Below are positions 44,312 to 55,357 of a DNA stretch of 64,000 nucleotides, in pieces. Where the stretch lies: the NCBI GenBank assembly GCA_025449535.1, contig JANWJF010000001.1, positions 4,279-68,278 of the forward strand, given 5' to 3'. This stretch comes from Candidatus Saccharimonadia bacterium. Its GTDB lineage: Bacteria; Patescibacteriota; SICC01. Positions within the stretch are counted from its first letter, which is position 1; the number at the start of each line of letters is the position of its first letter. A program made the translations under genes and the position numbers. Below the pieces are notes generated by a model, which saw only the letters and a program-made list of their open reading frames with translations, was not told the DNA's origin and did no database searches.

Positions 44312-45736
44312 ATGAAGCTGACGAAACAGTCCGACGACTTTCCCCAGTGGTACCAGGACATCGTGAAGGAAGCGGACCTGGCCGAGCCTTCGTTCGCCCG
44401 CGGCACGATGGTCATCAAGCCGTACGGCTACGAGATCTGGGAGCGCATCCAGCGTCACCTCGACGACCGGATCAAGGAGACGGGGCATAAGAACCTGTAC
44501 TTCCCGATGTTCATCCCCTCCAAGCTCCTCGACAAGGAAGCCAGCCATATCGAGGGTTTCTCGCCCGAAGTCGCCGTGGTTACGCACGCCGGAGGCAACA
44601 AGCTCGAGGAGCCCCTGGTGGTGCGCCCGACCTCCGAGGCGATCATCTGGGGCACGTATGCCAAGTGGGTCCAGTCGTACCGGGACCTGCCGCTGCTCTA
44701 CAACCAATGGGCGAACGTCGTCCGGTGGGAGATGCGGCCGCGGCTCTTCCTGCGGACGACGGAGTTCCTCTGGCAGGAAGGGCACACCGCCCATCAGACG
44801 GCCAAGGAAGCCCGCGAGGAAACCCTGCGGATGCTCGAGGTATATCGCGAGACGGCCGAGCAGCTGCTTGGCATCCCGGTGATTGCCGGCCGCAAGAGCG
44901 AGTCGGAACGGTTCCCGGGCGCTGACGAGACGTACACGATCGAGGCCCTGATGCGGGACGGGAAGGCGCTCCAAGCGGGCACCTCGCACGACCTCGGTCA
45001 GAACTTCGCGAAAGCCTACAACGTGACGTTCCTCGATCCGGACGGTAAGGAAACCCATGCCTATGCGACTTCCTGGGGCGTGAGCACGCGGATCATCGGC
45101 GGCTTGATCATGACCCACGGGGACGACCAAGGACTCCGGTTGCCGCCCTCGGTCGCGCCGTACCAAGCAGTGATCATCCCGATCGTCGGCGACGACACGC
45201 AGGGAGCGGTCGCCAAGGAAGCCACGAAGTTACGGGACCAGCTGGCAGAAGAAGGCATCCGGGTCTTCCTGGATGACGACGACCAGTCCCGGCCCGGCTT
45301 CAAGTTCAACAAGTGGGAAGCCCGTGGGGTGCCAATACGCATAGAGCTGGGTCCTAAGGACCTTGAGGCGAAGAGCGTGACGCTGGCCCGACGGGACCAG
45401 GACAAGAAGACCACGGCCAAGCTCAGCGAGGTCGTGAAGACGGTCACGAAGATGCTTGATGACGTCCAGTCTTCCTTGCTCAAGGACGCCACCGCATTCC
45501 GTGACGAACACACCCATCAGCCCAAGGATTATGAGTCGATGGCCAAGCTGCTTTCCGACCAGGCCGGGCTAGTGAAGACGTATTGGTGCGGCGAAGAAGC
45601 CTGTGAACAGAAGGTGAAGCAGGAGACCAAGGCCACGATCCGCTGCCTGACGCTCGAGCCGGTGAAGAACCCCGGCAAATGCCTGGTCTGCGGCAAGGTC
45701 GGGAAAGAGCAGTCGTACTGGGCCAAGGCTTATTAG
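44312..45736 (+). CDS. proS: prolyl-tRNA synthetase, short archaeal/eukaryote-like form with C-terminal zinc-binding tail
   Basis: 474 aa, no bacterial insertion domain. Class II motifs. C-terminus '..CLTLEPVKNPGKCLVCGKVGKEQSYWAKAY'. Confidence 0.85.
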   Translation: MKLTKQSDDFPQWYQDIVKEADLAEPSFARGTMVIKPYGYEIWERIQRHLDDRIKETGHKNLYFPMFIPSKLLDKEASHIEGFSPEVAVVTHAGGNKLEEPLVVRPTSEAIIWGTYAKWVQSYRDLPLLYNQWANVVRWEMRPRLFLRTTEFLWQEGHTAHQTAKEAREETLRMLEVYRETAEQLLGIPVIAGRKSESERFPGADETYTIEALMRDGKALQAGTSHDLGQNFAKAYNVTFLDPDGKETHAYATSWGVSTRIIGGLIMTHGDDQGLRLPPSVAPYQAVIIPIVGDDTQGAVAKEATKLRDQLAEEGIRVFLDDDDQSRPGFKFNKWEARGVPIRIELGPKDLEAKSVTLARRDQDKKTTAKLSEVVKTVTKMLDDVQSSLLKDATAFRDEHTHQPKDYESMAKLLSDQAGLVKTYWCGEEACEQKVKQETKATIRCLTLEPVKNPGKCLVCGKVGKEQSYWAKAY

Positions 45737-45753
45737 GTGCTAACCAAACAGCC

Positions 45754-46785
45754 ATGAATGACCTGATCGTCATCAAGCTTGGCACTAGCGTGGTCACTGA
45801 AGATGATGGTCGCCTCGACGAAGCTGTGCTTGACGATGTGGTTGGTCAGATCGCAGCGCTGCACAAGAAATACCGTTTGATCGTAGTATCCTCCGGAGCG
45901 GTCGCCGCCGGCCAAGTCGACATCAAGGGTTATTCGGGCAAGCTACCGGAACAAAAAGCCGCCGCGGCAATCGGCAATCCGAGGTTAATCCAGGATTACG
46001 CCAACCGTTTCGCCAAACACGGCATCACCGTAGCCCAGACCCTCTGCGAACGGGACGTGTTCGCGGACCGCCAACGTTTCCTGCGCCTGCGGGAAATGCT
46101 CGAGACGCTCTGGGAACACCGAGTGGTTCCGATCGTCAATGAAAACGACGTCGTCTCGGACCTCGAACTCAGGTTCTCTGACAACGACGAGCTGGCGACC
46201 TTGCTGGCCGTCGGTTTCTCCGCGAAGGCGCTGTTGCTCGGGACCTCGGTAGACGGGGTCATGGAAAACGACGAGGTGATCAGCAAGATAACGGACTTCG
46301 ACGAGAAGGTATTCGCGCTGGCCGAAAAAAGCACTTCGCAGTTCGGTCTAGGAGGTATGCTTTCCAAGCTCACCTGCGCGGATAAGGCGGCGAGCTTCGG
46401 CGTCGATGTGGTGATTTTTAACGCTAGGACGGCAGGCAACATCGCCCAAGCCTTGCGACGGAAGACCGGTACCTGGTGCCCGGCCAAGTCATCCAACCTG
46501 TCCTCGTACCATAAATGGGTAGCGGGAGTCAGCTTGATCCTGTCCCGGGTGCGCGTGGACAGCGGAGCGGCCAAGGCTCTGCGTCAGCGCAAGAGCCTTT
46601 TGGGCGTCGGGGTGACCTCCATCGAAGGCGTATTGAAGCAGGGAGAGATCTTCGAGATTTATCCGGAACACGGCGAAGGCCTGATTGGTGTTGCGAAAGC
46701 CAGGATTGACTCGAAGAGTGCCCAGGACCATAAGGATAAACACGGCCTGGTGCTCGCCCATGCTGACGAGATCGTAATTTATTGA
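45754..46785 (+). CDS. proB: glutamate 5-kinase with C-terminal PUA domain
   Basis: 'MNDLIVIKLGTSVVT', AAK fold, PUA-like C-terminus. Lower GC than neighbours. No proA nearby. Confidence 0.8.
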   Translation: MNDLIVIKLGTSVVTEDDGRLDEAVLDDVVGQIAALHKKYRLIVVSSGAVAAGQVDIKGYSGKLPEQKAAAAIGNPRLIQDYANRFAKHGITVAQTLCERDVFADRQRFLRLREMLETLWEHRVVPIVNENDVVSDLELRFSDNDELATLLAVGFSAKALLLGTSVDGVMENDEVISKITDFDEKVFALAEKSTSQFGLGGMLSKLTCADKAASFGVDVVIFNARTAGNIAQALRRKTGTWCPAKSSNLSSYHKWVAGVSLILSRVRVDSGAAKALRQRKSLLGVGVTSIEGVLKQGEIFEIYPEHGEGLIGVAKARIDSKSAQDHKDKHGLVLAHADEIVIY

Positions 46786-46797
46786 GGTTTGTCCGGT

Positions 46798-46890
46798 CCA
46801 AGACCACGATCCGCTGCCTGACACTGGAACCGGTGAAGAATCCCGGCAAATGCCTGGTCTGCGGCAAGGCCAGGAAAAAGAAAGCGTACT
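46798..46890 (+). repeat. about 90-bp duplicate of the proS 3' terminus (gene remnant with no start codon of its own)
   Basis: 46804-46869 vs 45633-45698 is about 94% identical. All 4 differences are synonymous for '..TIRCLTLEPVKNPGKCLVCGK'. Divergent ends. Confidence 0.8.
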
Positions 46891-46957
46891 AGACATGACA
46901 CTCTATACCTATTCCGTTCTCGTATGGTATTAGCAGCGTGCGGTAGCGGCTCGAAGG

Positions 46958-48112
46958 TCAATCCTTGAACTGCGTCCATGCTAGCCAAACACCCAACGAA
47001 GACAGTACAAGAGCGGATGCGAACGCCGCGTAGCTGCCGAAGTAAGCAATTCCCGCTAACGCAAAGCAGGTTCCGGCGGCTGCCAAGCCAAGATTGACCT
47101 CTTTAGCACAGGCATACACCAGGCCCTGTCGGGATATTTTTGAGTGAAAACGAACCGTAAAACTGCTGTCGAAAATATTGAAAACGATATTGTAGGCAGT
47201 CTTGATGGCCGCCACGAGTATTGGCGTGGCTGCGAACAGGAAAGACACATAGCTGCCGACCTGCAAGAACGAGGCGACCTTGTTCGAGCGCAGGCGGTTC
47301 TTATCGATTAGACGGCCATACGTCAGGGTGAGCAACATCTCCAGGATAAAGACGGTAGCCATGACTAATCCGAACAACTGCAGTGAATCGACCACAAAGA
47401 ATACGAGCAACGTTACGACCACGTTGTTGAACGCCACGTTAACACCGAACCCGGTGAATGCTTTGGCATCGGCCCGGTAAGCGATTGATTTGCAGCGACG
47501 CAGTACGTCTAAGTATTGGATGCGGTGGTTGTACTCAAGGTCACCCAACAGCAGTGTGACCGACAGGGAGGAGATGGCCAAGAATAGCCCTGCGACCAAT
47601 GCCACCGGAAGGAACGATTGCCACACGGTAACCGAATACGTCGCGAACAGCACGGCCGCCGCGCCGGTCAAGCTGGCGATGACGATCTCGAGCGTCAGGA
47701 ACCGCCCACGATTGAATTCCTGCACGAACTTCGCCTGCATATAGTGCTTGGTCGGGTAGTACAAGCCCCGGGCCAGCGAGTGCAAGACGAAGCTCGATAA
47801 CCCGATGACCGGGTATGCATCCAACGCGCTGAGGGCCAGGAAGTACCCAGCAAGCAGGATGTTAGCGATGATGACCGTGCGCGCATACCCAAACTTGGTC
47901 GTCACGACACCGCTGAACGGAGAAATGATTGCTCGAAGCAAGAACTCCGCGCCGAAATAGAGAAGAATGACCGGCAGCGGAATGCCCTCGAAATAGAAGT
48001 AGGCTCCCACGAACGACAGTACGAGCGCCGATGCGAACTTGATGCCGATCGTATTAAAGTACAGCGCAACGTAATTTTTGTTTGTTATATGGCCGCTGAT
48101 GTATTTTCTCAT
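46958..48112 (-). CDS. polytopic membrane transporter, MFS-like (about 12 TM); Wzx-type flippase not excluded
   Basis: 384 aa, 11-12 hydrophobic helices, low GC (about 48%). Confidence 0.55.
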   Translation of the reverse strand: MRKYISGHITNKNYVALYFNTIGIKFASALVLSFVGAYFYFEGIPLPVILLYFGAEFLLRAIISPFSGVVTTKFGYARTVIIANILLAGYFLALSALDAYPVIGLSSFVLHSLARGLYYPTKHYMQAKFVQEFNRGRFLTLEIVIASLTGAAAVLFATYSVTVWQSFLPVALVAGLFLAISSLSVTLLLGDLEYNHRIQYLDVLRRCKSIAYRADAKAFTGFGVNVAFNNVVVTLLVFFVVDSLQLFGLVMATVFILEMLLTLTYGRLIDKNRLRSNKVASFLQVGSYVSFLFAATPILVAAIKTAYNIVFNIFDSSFTVRFHSKISRQGLVYACAKEVNLGLAAAGTCFALAGIAYFGSYAAFASALVLSSLGVWLAWTQFKD

Positions 48113-48119
48113 TTACTAC

Positions 48120-49043
48120 CTACCATCCTTGGTTATGGATAGAGATGAGCGCTAGGGTTGTGCCAGTTAGAAACAGAAAGATAAAAACAGCAGTTTGCGG
48201 ATTGAAGCGTATGCGCTTGTGCAATAAATCAGACGCTGCATCCATGCCAAACGTTACCGTAGCTATCGCGGCAACAATATAAACCGGTAACGCCGCAAAA
48301 GCGTAGGTCTCCGGTACCAGAGCACCAAACCACAATATTGGAACAAGCACGGCCAGTTTCGGATTCTTTTGGATCACTGCCGAACCCGTTTCACCAGATT
48401 TTGTTTTCATCCTCCATATCCAAAGAGTGCACAGCGATAGGGCGAGAATAGCAAAAATACCCACAAAAACATCCGGCGGCAGCGTTTTGAGAATTTCACG
48501 GCTAAGACCAAAGCGCAGAGTTTCCAAGGCGGTAATTAAGACCAGCGTCCCGGCGATAAAGATGAAGGGTCTGGAATACCGAGGTCGGTGATTTAGTCCA
48601 TGGTGTGCTGGCTGTACCAATAAAGAGATAGTGAGCAGGGCCAAAGCCAGCAGTGCAAGAGCATTTGGAATATCGCCATTTAGGAAGATCCCCACAGCCA
48701 GGGAAAAGGGCAAGACTACCATGCGTTGCAAAGAAACCATCCCGGATAGGGAGCTGGTGGTATTCAGCACGCAGAGGAACAAATACACCTGGATGTTCCA
48801 AATGAGCGGAACCAGTAAGACATAGGTCAGCAGAGAAGACGAATTGAGAATAGTGCCAATATCATCGATTCGGACAAAGATAAGTCCCCAGACTAAGGCA
48901 GGTATCAGCGCATACCTATACAGTTTGAAAGTCCCGAGCGGGGTAGCTCCGAGTTCCTGTAGGCGTCTAGTGGTCAGGCCAACGGCCTCAAACCCGACAG
49001 CCCCAATAAATGCCAGAGTTGCGGGAATAAAGTTCATAATCAA
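48120..49043 (-). CDS. polytopic membrane protein (about 10 TM), family unassigned
   Basis: 307 aa, hydrophobic, low GC. Adjacent to the MFS-like gene, likely co-transcribed. Confidence 0.5.
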   Translation of the reverse strand: MIMNFIPATLAFIGAVGFEAVGLTTRRLQELGATPLGTFKLYRYALIPALVWGLIFVRIDDIGTILNSSSLLTYVLLVPLIWNIQVYLFLCVLNTTSSLSGMVSLQRMVVLPFSLAVGIFLNGDIPNALALLALALLTISLLVQPAHHGLNHRPRYSRPFIFIAGTLVLITALETLRFGLSREILKTLPPDVFVGIFAILALSLCTLWIWRMKTKSGETGSAVIQKNPKLAVLVPILWFGALVPETYAFAALPVYIVAAIATVTFGMDAASDLLHKRIRFNPQTAVFIFLFLTGTTLALISIHNQGW

Positions 49044-49147
49044 TATTCTAACTGGTTCAACTCATCATTGGCTTCACGTCACGCTCAGCATGTCATTGAC
49101 TTTTATTGATAACCGTAGTATTTTTATCCGACACCAAAGATTCAACC

Positions 49148-50038
49148 ATGCGTATCGATACAGAGATGACACCAGAGGGGGAAGCGGCAGCTCACGCGGA
49201 ACTTGCTAAAGAATTCAGAGAAAAACTTCCGGATGTAGACGAGCCCACCCATAAGGTTCGTGAACTACTTTTTAGCCGACCTGATGGCGAAGGATTTTTA
49301 TACCTCTGTCGCCAAGACAATGGAAGAATGCTGCTTGGCCCCTCGGAAGACGGCAAATTGCTAACCTGGCAATACTATATTAGTGAGGCCGGAGAGCTTA
49401 AACGGCTCGAGTTGGAACACAATAAAGTTCCAGAAGCGACGGCGCAGATGGCAGCCGATTTCGCAGACACTCTTAAGAATGGGACTCTGCTTCCCCGCAA
49501 AGAGGAACTTAGTCCTGAAGAAGCTGCTGTCTTAGGCGTTGAATTACCGCCGAAACCAACTCCCATTCCCGAAAGTCCTGCAGAAATAGCCTTAAGAAAG
49601 GCCAGCTTTAGAAGAAAGCGCCGGCCCTCGCTCCCAGATGCAATTGATAAACTCCGCCAAGAGCGTGGAGATAAGGAACCACCTGTTTCTGATAAAGACA
49701 TTCTTGCTTGGGATGACTTACTAGAGCACGCCGGAAACGTCATTAAATACACTCGTGACGGAGGGGAAACCTGGAATTACGCCAAACTTGATACCGGCGC
49801 TATCGGCGGCGTGTTCGTTCCTGGTCAAATAAATGCTTTCCCTGAAAAGGCAATGGCCATAGCAGGCAGGGAAGACAGATACGACCTGTTGCGTGCCATT
49901 ACTGAAAAAGACTTTGAAGATGGGCTAGTAGTGCGCCCAACAACGAAGAAGGAAACCCGAAGAATGAAGTTTGATGAACCTAAGCGCCGCGGACGTATCC
50001 GAAGTAAATTCGGCCGCGATCCACATAGGATTCTCTGA
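49148..50038 (+). CDS. hypothetical cytoplasmic protein (ORFan) in the low-GC island
   Basis: Internal Met 'MRIDTEM' chosen. Candidate promoter TTGACT-17-TATTTT upstream (about 49088-49117). GC about 48%. No recognisable domain. Confidence 0.5.
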   Translation: MRIDTEMTPEGEAAAHAELAKEFREKLPDVDEPTHKVRELLFSRPDGEGFLYLCRQDNGRMLLGPSEDGKLLTWQYYISEAGELKRLELEHNKVPEATAQMAADFADTLKNGTLLPRKEELSPEEAAVLGVELPPKPTPIPESPAEIALRKASFRRKRRPSLPDAIDKLRQERGDKEPPVSDKDILAWDDLLEHAGNVIKYTRDGGETWNYAKLDTGAIGGVFVPGQINAFPEKAMAIAGREDRYDLLRAITEKDFEDGLVVRPTTKKETRRMKFDEPKRRGRIRSKFGRDPHRIL

Positions 50039-50114
50039 GCGGTTTCCGTAAGCGTTACACCCTTGCTGCCCGCACCCGCGGGAGCTACGATTAATCAGTC
50101 AATCAGGAAAAATA

Positions 50115-50145
50115 ACCGGACCAAACGACGCGTCCGGTTTTCTCT
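50115..50145. terminator. bidirectional rho-independent terminator (ACCGGAC-caaacgacgc-GTCCGGT, A-run upstream, T-run downstream)
   Basis: Ends 10 nt before the mreB ATG. Marks the right edge of the low-GC island. Confidence 0.65.
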
Positions 50146-50154
50146 CTCAATTAC

Positions 50155-51213
<1,059 letters not shown>

Positions 51214-51216
51214 CCC

Positions 51217-51984
51217 GTGGATCGGAAGCGTCCGATCTCGGAACGCCTGCCGCTAGTCGCGGTCGTCTTCGCCGTGCTGGTCGTCGGCGGGGCAATCGGG
51301 CTCCTGAAGCCGATCCAGGGCCTGGTCGGACTGGCGCTGGAACCGGTCGCCAAGGCCGTCCAGATCTCGGGCCGCAGCGACCTCGAGAAGAAGAACCAGG
51401 AACTCCAGGACGAGGTGGCCCGGCTGCAGACCGAGCTCGCCAAGCGCGAGGAAGCGGTCATCCAGAACGAGGCCCTGAAGGCCCAGCTCGGCTTCGCGCA
51501 GGAGTCCGACTTCAAGCTGGCCCAGGCGCAGGTCATCAGCCAGGATCCCACCAACTACCAGCAGGTCCTGACGATCGACCGCGGCAGCGGGGCGGGGATC
51601 AAGAAGGGGATGGTCGCGGCCACCCGCGGGCTCCTCGTGGGGCAGGTGGTCGCCACCACGCCGTCAACCGCCAAGGTGCGCCTGATCACCGACTTCCGCA
51701 GCTCCGTCCCGGTACTGGACCAGCAGACCCGGGCCAACGGTCTCACCCGGGGCGGCCGGGGCTTCGGGCTGAACCTGGAGATGGTCCCCCAGACGGACAC
51801 GCTCCGGAAGGGCGACACGCTGATCACCTCCGGCTTCGGCGGGGAATACCCGAAGGGCTTGGTCATCGGTACCGTGGATTCGGTCCAGAAGCTCGATACG
51901 GACGTCTTCCAGACCGCCGAGGTGCGGCCGGCGGTGGACTTCCGGCGGCTTGAGGACCTCTTCGTGATCATCGGCGGGGCATGA
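51217..51984 (+). CDS. mreC: rod-shape protein MreC
   Basis: GTG start, TM plus coiled-coil, 'GDTLITSGFGGEYPKGLVIGTV'. Confidence 0.75.
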   Translation: MDRKRPISERLPLVAVVFAVLVVGGAIGLLKPIQGLVGLALEPVAKAVQISGRSDLEKKNQELQDEVARLQTELAKREEAVIQNEALKAQLGFAQESDFKLAQAQVISQDPTNYQQVLTIDRGSGAGIKKGMVAATRGLLVGQVVATTPSTAKVRLITDFRSSVPVLDQQTRANGLTRGGRGFGLNLEMVPQTDTLRKGDTLITSGFGGEYPKGLVIGTVDSVQKLDTDVFQTAEVRPAVDFRRLEDLFVIIGGA

Positions 51985-52505
51985 AGCGCCTGGCCGTCAT
52001 CCTGACCTGGGTCTTCGTGTTGGCGCTCCAGATCGCACTCTGGCCGGAGATCACCGTACGGGTACTGCCGGCATTCGCCTTCGCCACCGCGCTGGCCTGG
52101 GGGATCATGATCAATCCGCGAACCGGCTTCTGGCTGGCCGGCGGCAGCGGGCTGCTGCTCGACCTCTACGCCCAGCACGACCTCGGGATGGTAACGGTCG
52201 CCAGCCTGGCCGGGTACGGCGTCGCCTGGGGCATCATCCGGGGGTATCTCTCCGGCACCGTCTCCTGGGGACCGGTGCTGCTCGGGGCGGCCGTGGGGTC
52301 GTTCGTCTACGAGCTTTTCCTCTTGCTCTGGATGGAGGTCCGGGTCGACGGGTTCCCGCTTTTGGCGGAAACCATCGGCACCGGTACACTGAATGCGCTG
52401 GCCACGTTCGTGGTCTTCCTGGTCGCCGCCGGCCTGGCAAGCGCGGCGTCCGGTTGGTTTAACACACCCCGTCCGCGACATGAAAGATCCCTTCGGTACC
52501 GATAA
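51981..52505 (+). CDS. mreD: rod-shape protein MreD
   Basis: Small polytopic protein after mreC, overlapping its stop. Confidence 0.6.
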   Translation: MKRLAVILTWVFVLALQIALWPEITVRVLPAFAFATALAWGIMINPRTGFWLAGGSGLLLDLYAQHDLGMVTVASLAGYGVAWGIIRGYLSGTVSWGPVLLGAAVGSFVYELFLLLWMEVRVDGFPLLAETIGTGTLNALATFVVFLVAAGLASAASGWFNTPRPRHERSLRYR

Positions 52506-54441
52506 GTTCCTGAGCCTCGACTTCGACACCTCGTACGGGGAAGCCGAGCAGTGGCAGGGCGCCCTCAAGAACGAGGAGGGCGCGGACACCGTCGCCCGGG
52601 AACGTAGCGGCGACGCCGCCCGGACGCGCTTCTTCGTGATCGCGATCCTGGTATTGTTCCTGATCCTGGTCACCCGGTTGATGGTCCTGCAGATCTTCGG
52701 GGCGGCCGAGAACGCCGCGCTGGCGGAAGGGAACCGGGTCCGTTCGATCGAGATCGCCGCGCCGCGTGGCGTGATCTACGACGCCAAGGGCGGGATCGTC
52801 GCCCGCAACACGCCGAACTTCGAAGTACGGGTCGTGCCGATCGAACTGCCGCGCCAGAAGGCGGAGCGGGAGCGGGCCTACCGGACGCTGTCCGAACCGC
52901 TCCAGTTGTCCCCGGCGGAGGTACGCAAGCGCGCCGAGGAGAAGGGCCTCGACTACGGTCAGCCGGTCTTGATAGCGGACGGCCTGCCGCGGGAGAATTC
53001 CGTCCTGCTCCGGCTCCGGGCCACCGACCTGCCCGGCGTGGTGATCCAGAACAATCCCCGGCGGCAGTATGCCGATACCGACCTCTACGCGCACCTGCTC
53101 GGGTACGTCGGCAAGGTCTCGGCGGAGGACCTGAAGAAGGACCAGACGCTGCGTCGGAACGACTACGTCGGCAAGAGCGGCCTGGAGCGCGTCTACCAGG
53201 GCCAGCTGTCCGGCGAACCGGGCGAGCGGCGCCTGGAGGTGGACGCGCAGGGCGAGGTGATCAAGGAGCTGCAGTCGAACGATCCCGTGCCGGGCCGGAG
53301 CGTCCAACTGGGCATCGACCCCAAGCTCCAGAAAGTGATGCATGACGCGGTCGACAACGGGATCAAGAGTTCGCGCCGCGGCCTGGCCTCGGGAGGCAGC
53401 GCGATCGCCCTGGACCCCAAGACCGGCACGGTCCTGGGCATGGTCTCGCTGCCCTCGTTCGACAACAACGACTTCGTGGACGGCGTCAGCCAAGCGAAGT
53501 ACAAGGAGCTCTCCGGCAACCCGGACAAGCCGCTGTTCAACCGGCCGATCTCCGGCGAGTACCCGCCGGGCTCGACGTTCAAGATCGTCACCGTGGCGGG
53601 GGCGCTGGCCGAGGGAGTCGTCAGTCCCGATGACTACCTGGCCTCGCCGCCGTCCATCGACGTCGGCGGCGCCAAGTTCGTGGACTGGAAGGAGGACGGG
53701 CACGGTAGCGTCAACGCGGCGCGTGCCCTGGCCGTCAGTTCCGACGTATACATCTACAAGGTCTCCGGCGGCTTCGAAGGGGAGTCCGACGGACTCGGCG
53801 TGGACAAGCTGGGCGACTACATGCGGCAGTTCGGCATCGGCACGCCGACCGGCGTCGACCTGCCGGACGAGCAGGACGGACTGGTCCCTTCGCCGTCATA
53901 CAAGAAGGCCGCCTTCGACGAGGACTGGTACATCGGCAACACCTACCAGATGGGCATCGGGCAAGGGTTCGTACTGGCCACGCCGCTCCAAGTGGCGACC
54001 TATACCGCCGCCATCGCCAACGACGGCATCGCCTACAAACCGCACCTGGCCAAGGCGTTCCTGGATTCGGCGAACAAGCGGAAGCGGACCGCGGTGGAGC
54101 CGGAACCCCTGGTCAACCTGAAGGTGGACCGCGAGGTAATCGAGACCGTCCAGCAAGGGATGCGCGACGCCGTGGACAGCGGCACCGCGGTGGACCTGAA
54201 GGACATGCCGGTGGACGTCTGCGGTAAGACCGGTTCGGCGGAGTTCGCCAACGAGACCAACGCCCACGCCTGGTTCACCGCCTACGCGCCATGCGACGAC
54301 CCGCGGATCGTCCTGACGGTGATGATCGAGGGCGGCGGCGAAGGTTCCGACGTGGCCGTCCCGGCGGCCAAACGGATCTTCGAGTCGTTCTTCGACGTGC
54401 AGGCGCCGTCACCGAAGCCGTCGCCGGGAGGAGGGGACTGA
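52480..54441 (+). CDS. mrdA: penicillin-binding protein 2 (elongasome transpeptidase)
   Basis: 'PPGSTFKIVT' SxxK, 'KTGSAE' KTG. Internal Met 'MKDPFG' chosen. Confidence 0.8.
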   Translation: MKDPFGTDKFLSLDFDTSYGEAEQWQGALKNEEGADTVARERSGDAARTRFFVIAILVLFLILVTRLMVLQIFGAAENAALAEGNRVRSIEIAAPRGVIYDAKGGIVARNTPNFEVRVVPIELPRQKAERERAYRTLSEPLQLSPAEVRKRAEEKGLDYGQPVLIADGLPRENSVLLRLRATDLPGVVIQNNPRRQYADTDLYAHLLGYVGKVSAEDLKKDQTLRRNDYVGKSGLERVYQGQLSGEPGERRLEVDAQGEVIKELQSNDPVPGRSVQLGIDPKLQKVMHDAVDNGIKSSRRGLASGGSAIALDPKTGTVLGMVSLPSFDNNDFVDGVSQAKYKELSGNPDKPLFNRPISGEYPPGSTFKIVTVAGALAEGVVSPDDYLASPPSIDVGGAKFVDWKEDGHGSVNAARALAVSSDVYIYKVSGGFEGESDGLGVDKLGDYMRQFGIGTPTGVDLPDEQDGLVPSPSYKKAAFDEDWYIGNTYQMGIGQGFVLATPLQVATYTAAIANDGIAYKPHLAKAFLDSANKRKRTAVEPEPLVNLKVDREVIETVQQGMRDAVDSGTAVDLKDMPVDVCGKTGSAEFANETNAHAWFTAYAPCDDPRIVLTVMIEGGGEGSDVAVPAAKRIFESFFDVQAPSPKPSPGGGD

Positions 54442-55256
54442 TGGCCGCCCGGATATTGGACGGCACGGCCACCGCGGAGAAGCGTCTGAAGCGCTTGGCT
54501 AAGCGAAAACCTGGCGGCCTTACGCTGGGCATCGTCCTGGCCACGGACAACCCCGCGACCCGGACGTACGTCGACCAGAAGCAGCGGCGCGCCGAACAAA
54601 TCGGTTACTCGGTGACGATCGACGACCTCGGACCGCGGGCGGACCGGAAGGCGATCCTGGCGGCCTGCGCCCGGATGAACCGGAGCAAACGGATCACCGG
54701 GTACATCGTCCAGCTGCCGCTGCCGAAGGGGATTGATCCGCTCGAGGTGTTCGCGGCGGTCGACCCGCGCAAGGACGCCGACGGACTGACCCCCGAGAAC
54801 CTCGGCCGGCTATACACGAACCGGCCGGGCATCCTGCCGGCGACCCCGAAGGGCATCCTCGAGCTGCTCGACGACCACCGGGTCGGCCTCACAGGAATCC
54901 AAGCCACGGTCGTCGGCAAAGGTATCCTCACCGGCCTGCCGCTGGCGACGCTGCTCTCGCACCGGGGCGCCACGGTGACCAGCTGCGACCGGCACACCAA
55001 GGACCTGGGACGCCGCACCCGGGAAGCCGACCTGGTCGTGGTGGCGGTGGGCAAGCCGAAGCTGATCACCGCGCGGATGGTACGCCGTAGAGCCGTCGTC
55101 GTGGACGTCGGGACCAACCGGTCCGGGAATCGGCTGATCGGCGACGTGGACTACGCCGCGGTCTCGAAGAAAGCCTCGCTGATCACTCCCGTTCCCGGCG
55201 GCGTCGGCCCAATGACGGTCGTCAGCCTGCTGGAAAACGTCCATCAGTTGGCGTAA
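54441..55256 (+). CDS. folD: bifunctional methylenetetrahydrofolate dehydrogenase/cyclohydrolase
   Basis: 'MAARILDGTA', 'GIVLATDNPATRTYV', 'VVGKGILTGLPLA'. ATG overlaps the mrdA stop (TGATG). Confidence 0.85.
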   Translation: MAARILDGTATAEKRLKRLAKRKPGGLTLGIVLATDNPATRTYVDQKQRRAEQIGYSVTIDDLGPRADRKAILAACARMNRSKRITGYIVQLPLPKGIDPLEVFAAVDPRKDADGLTPENLGRLYTNRPGILPATPKGILELLDDHRVGLTGIQATVVGKGILTGLPLATLLSHRGATVTSCDRHTKDLGRRTREADLVVVAVGKPKLITARMVRRRAVVVDVGTNRSGNRLIGDVDYAAVSKKASLITPVPGGVGPMTVVSLLENVHQLA

Positions 55257-55281
55257 AACAATCCCCAGGACGATTCGTTGA

Positions 55282-55312
55282 CACCGCCAGTGCCGGTTGT
55301 TAGGATAATGAC
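55282..55312 (+). promoter_or_regulatory. candidate sigma70-type promoter for greA (TTGACA-17-TAGGAT)
   Basis: 'ttgacaccgccagtgccggttgttaggat', 45-75 nt upstream of greA. Confidence 0.45.
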
Positions 55313-55357
55313 CCCCACGGCCCGCAAGGGCTTTTAATAACCTCTTCGGAGGCAACC

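Noticed and set aside
42111-44312. 733-aa minus-strand ORF antisense to frr/uppS/rseP
   Set aside because: Arg/Gly/Pro-rich antisense frame typical of high-GC DNA. The sense strand carries well-supported genes.
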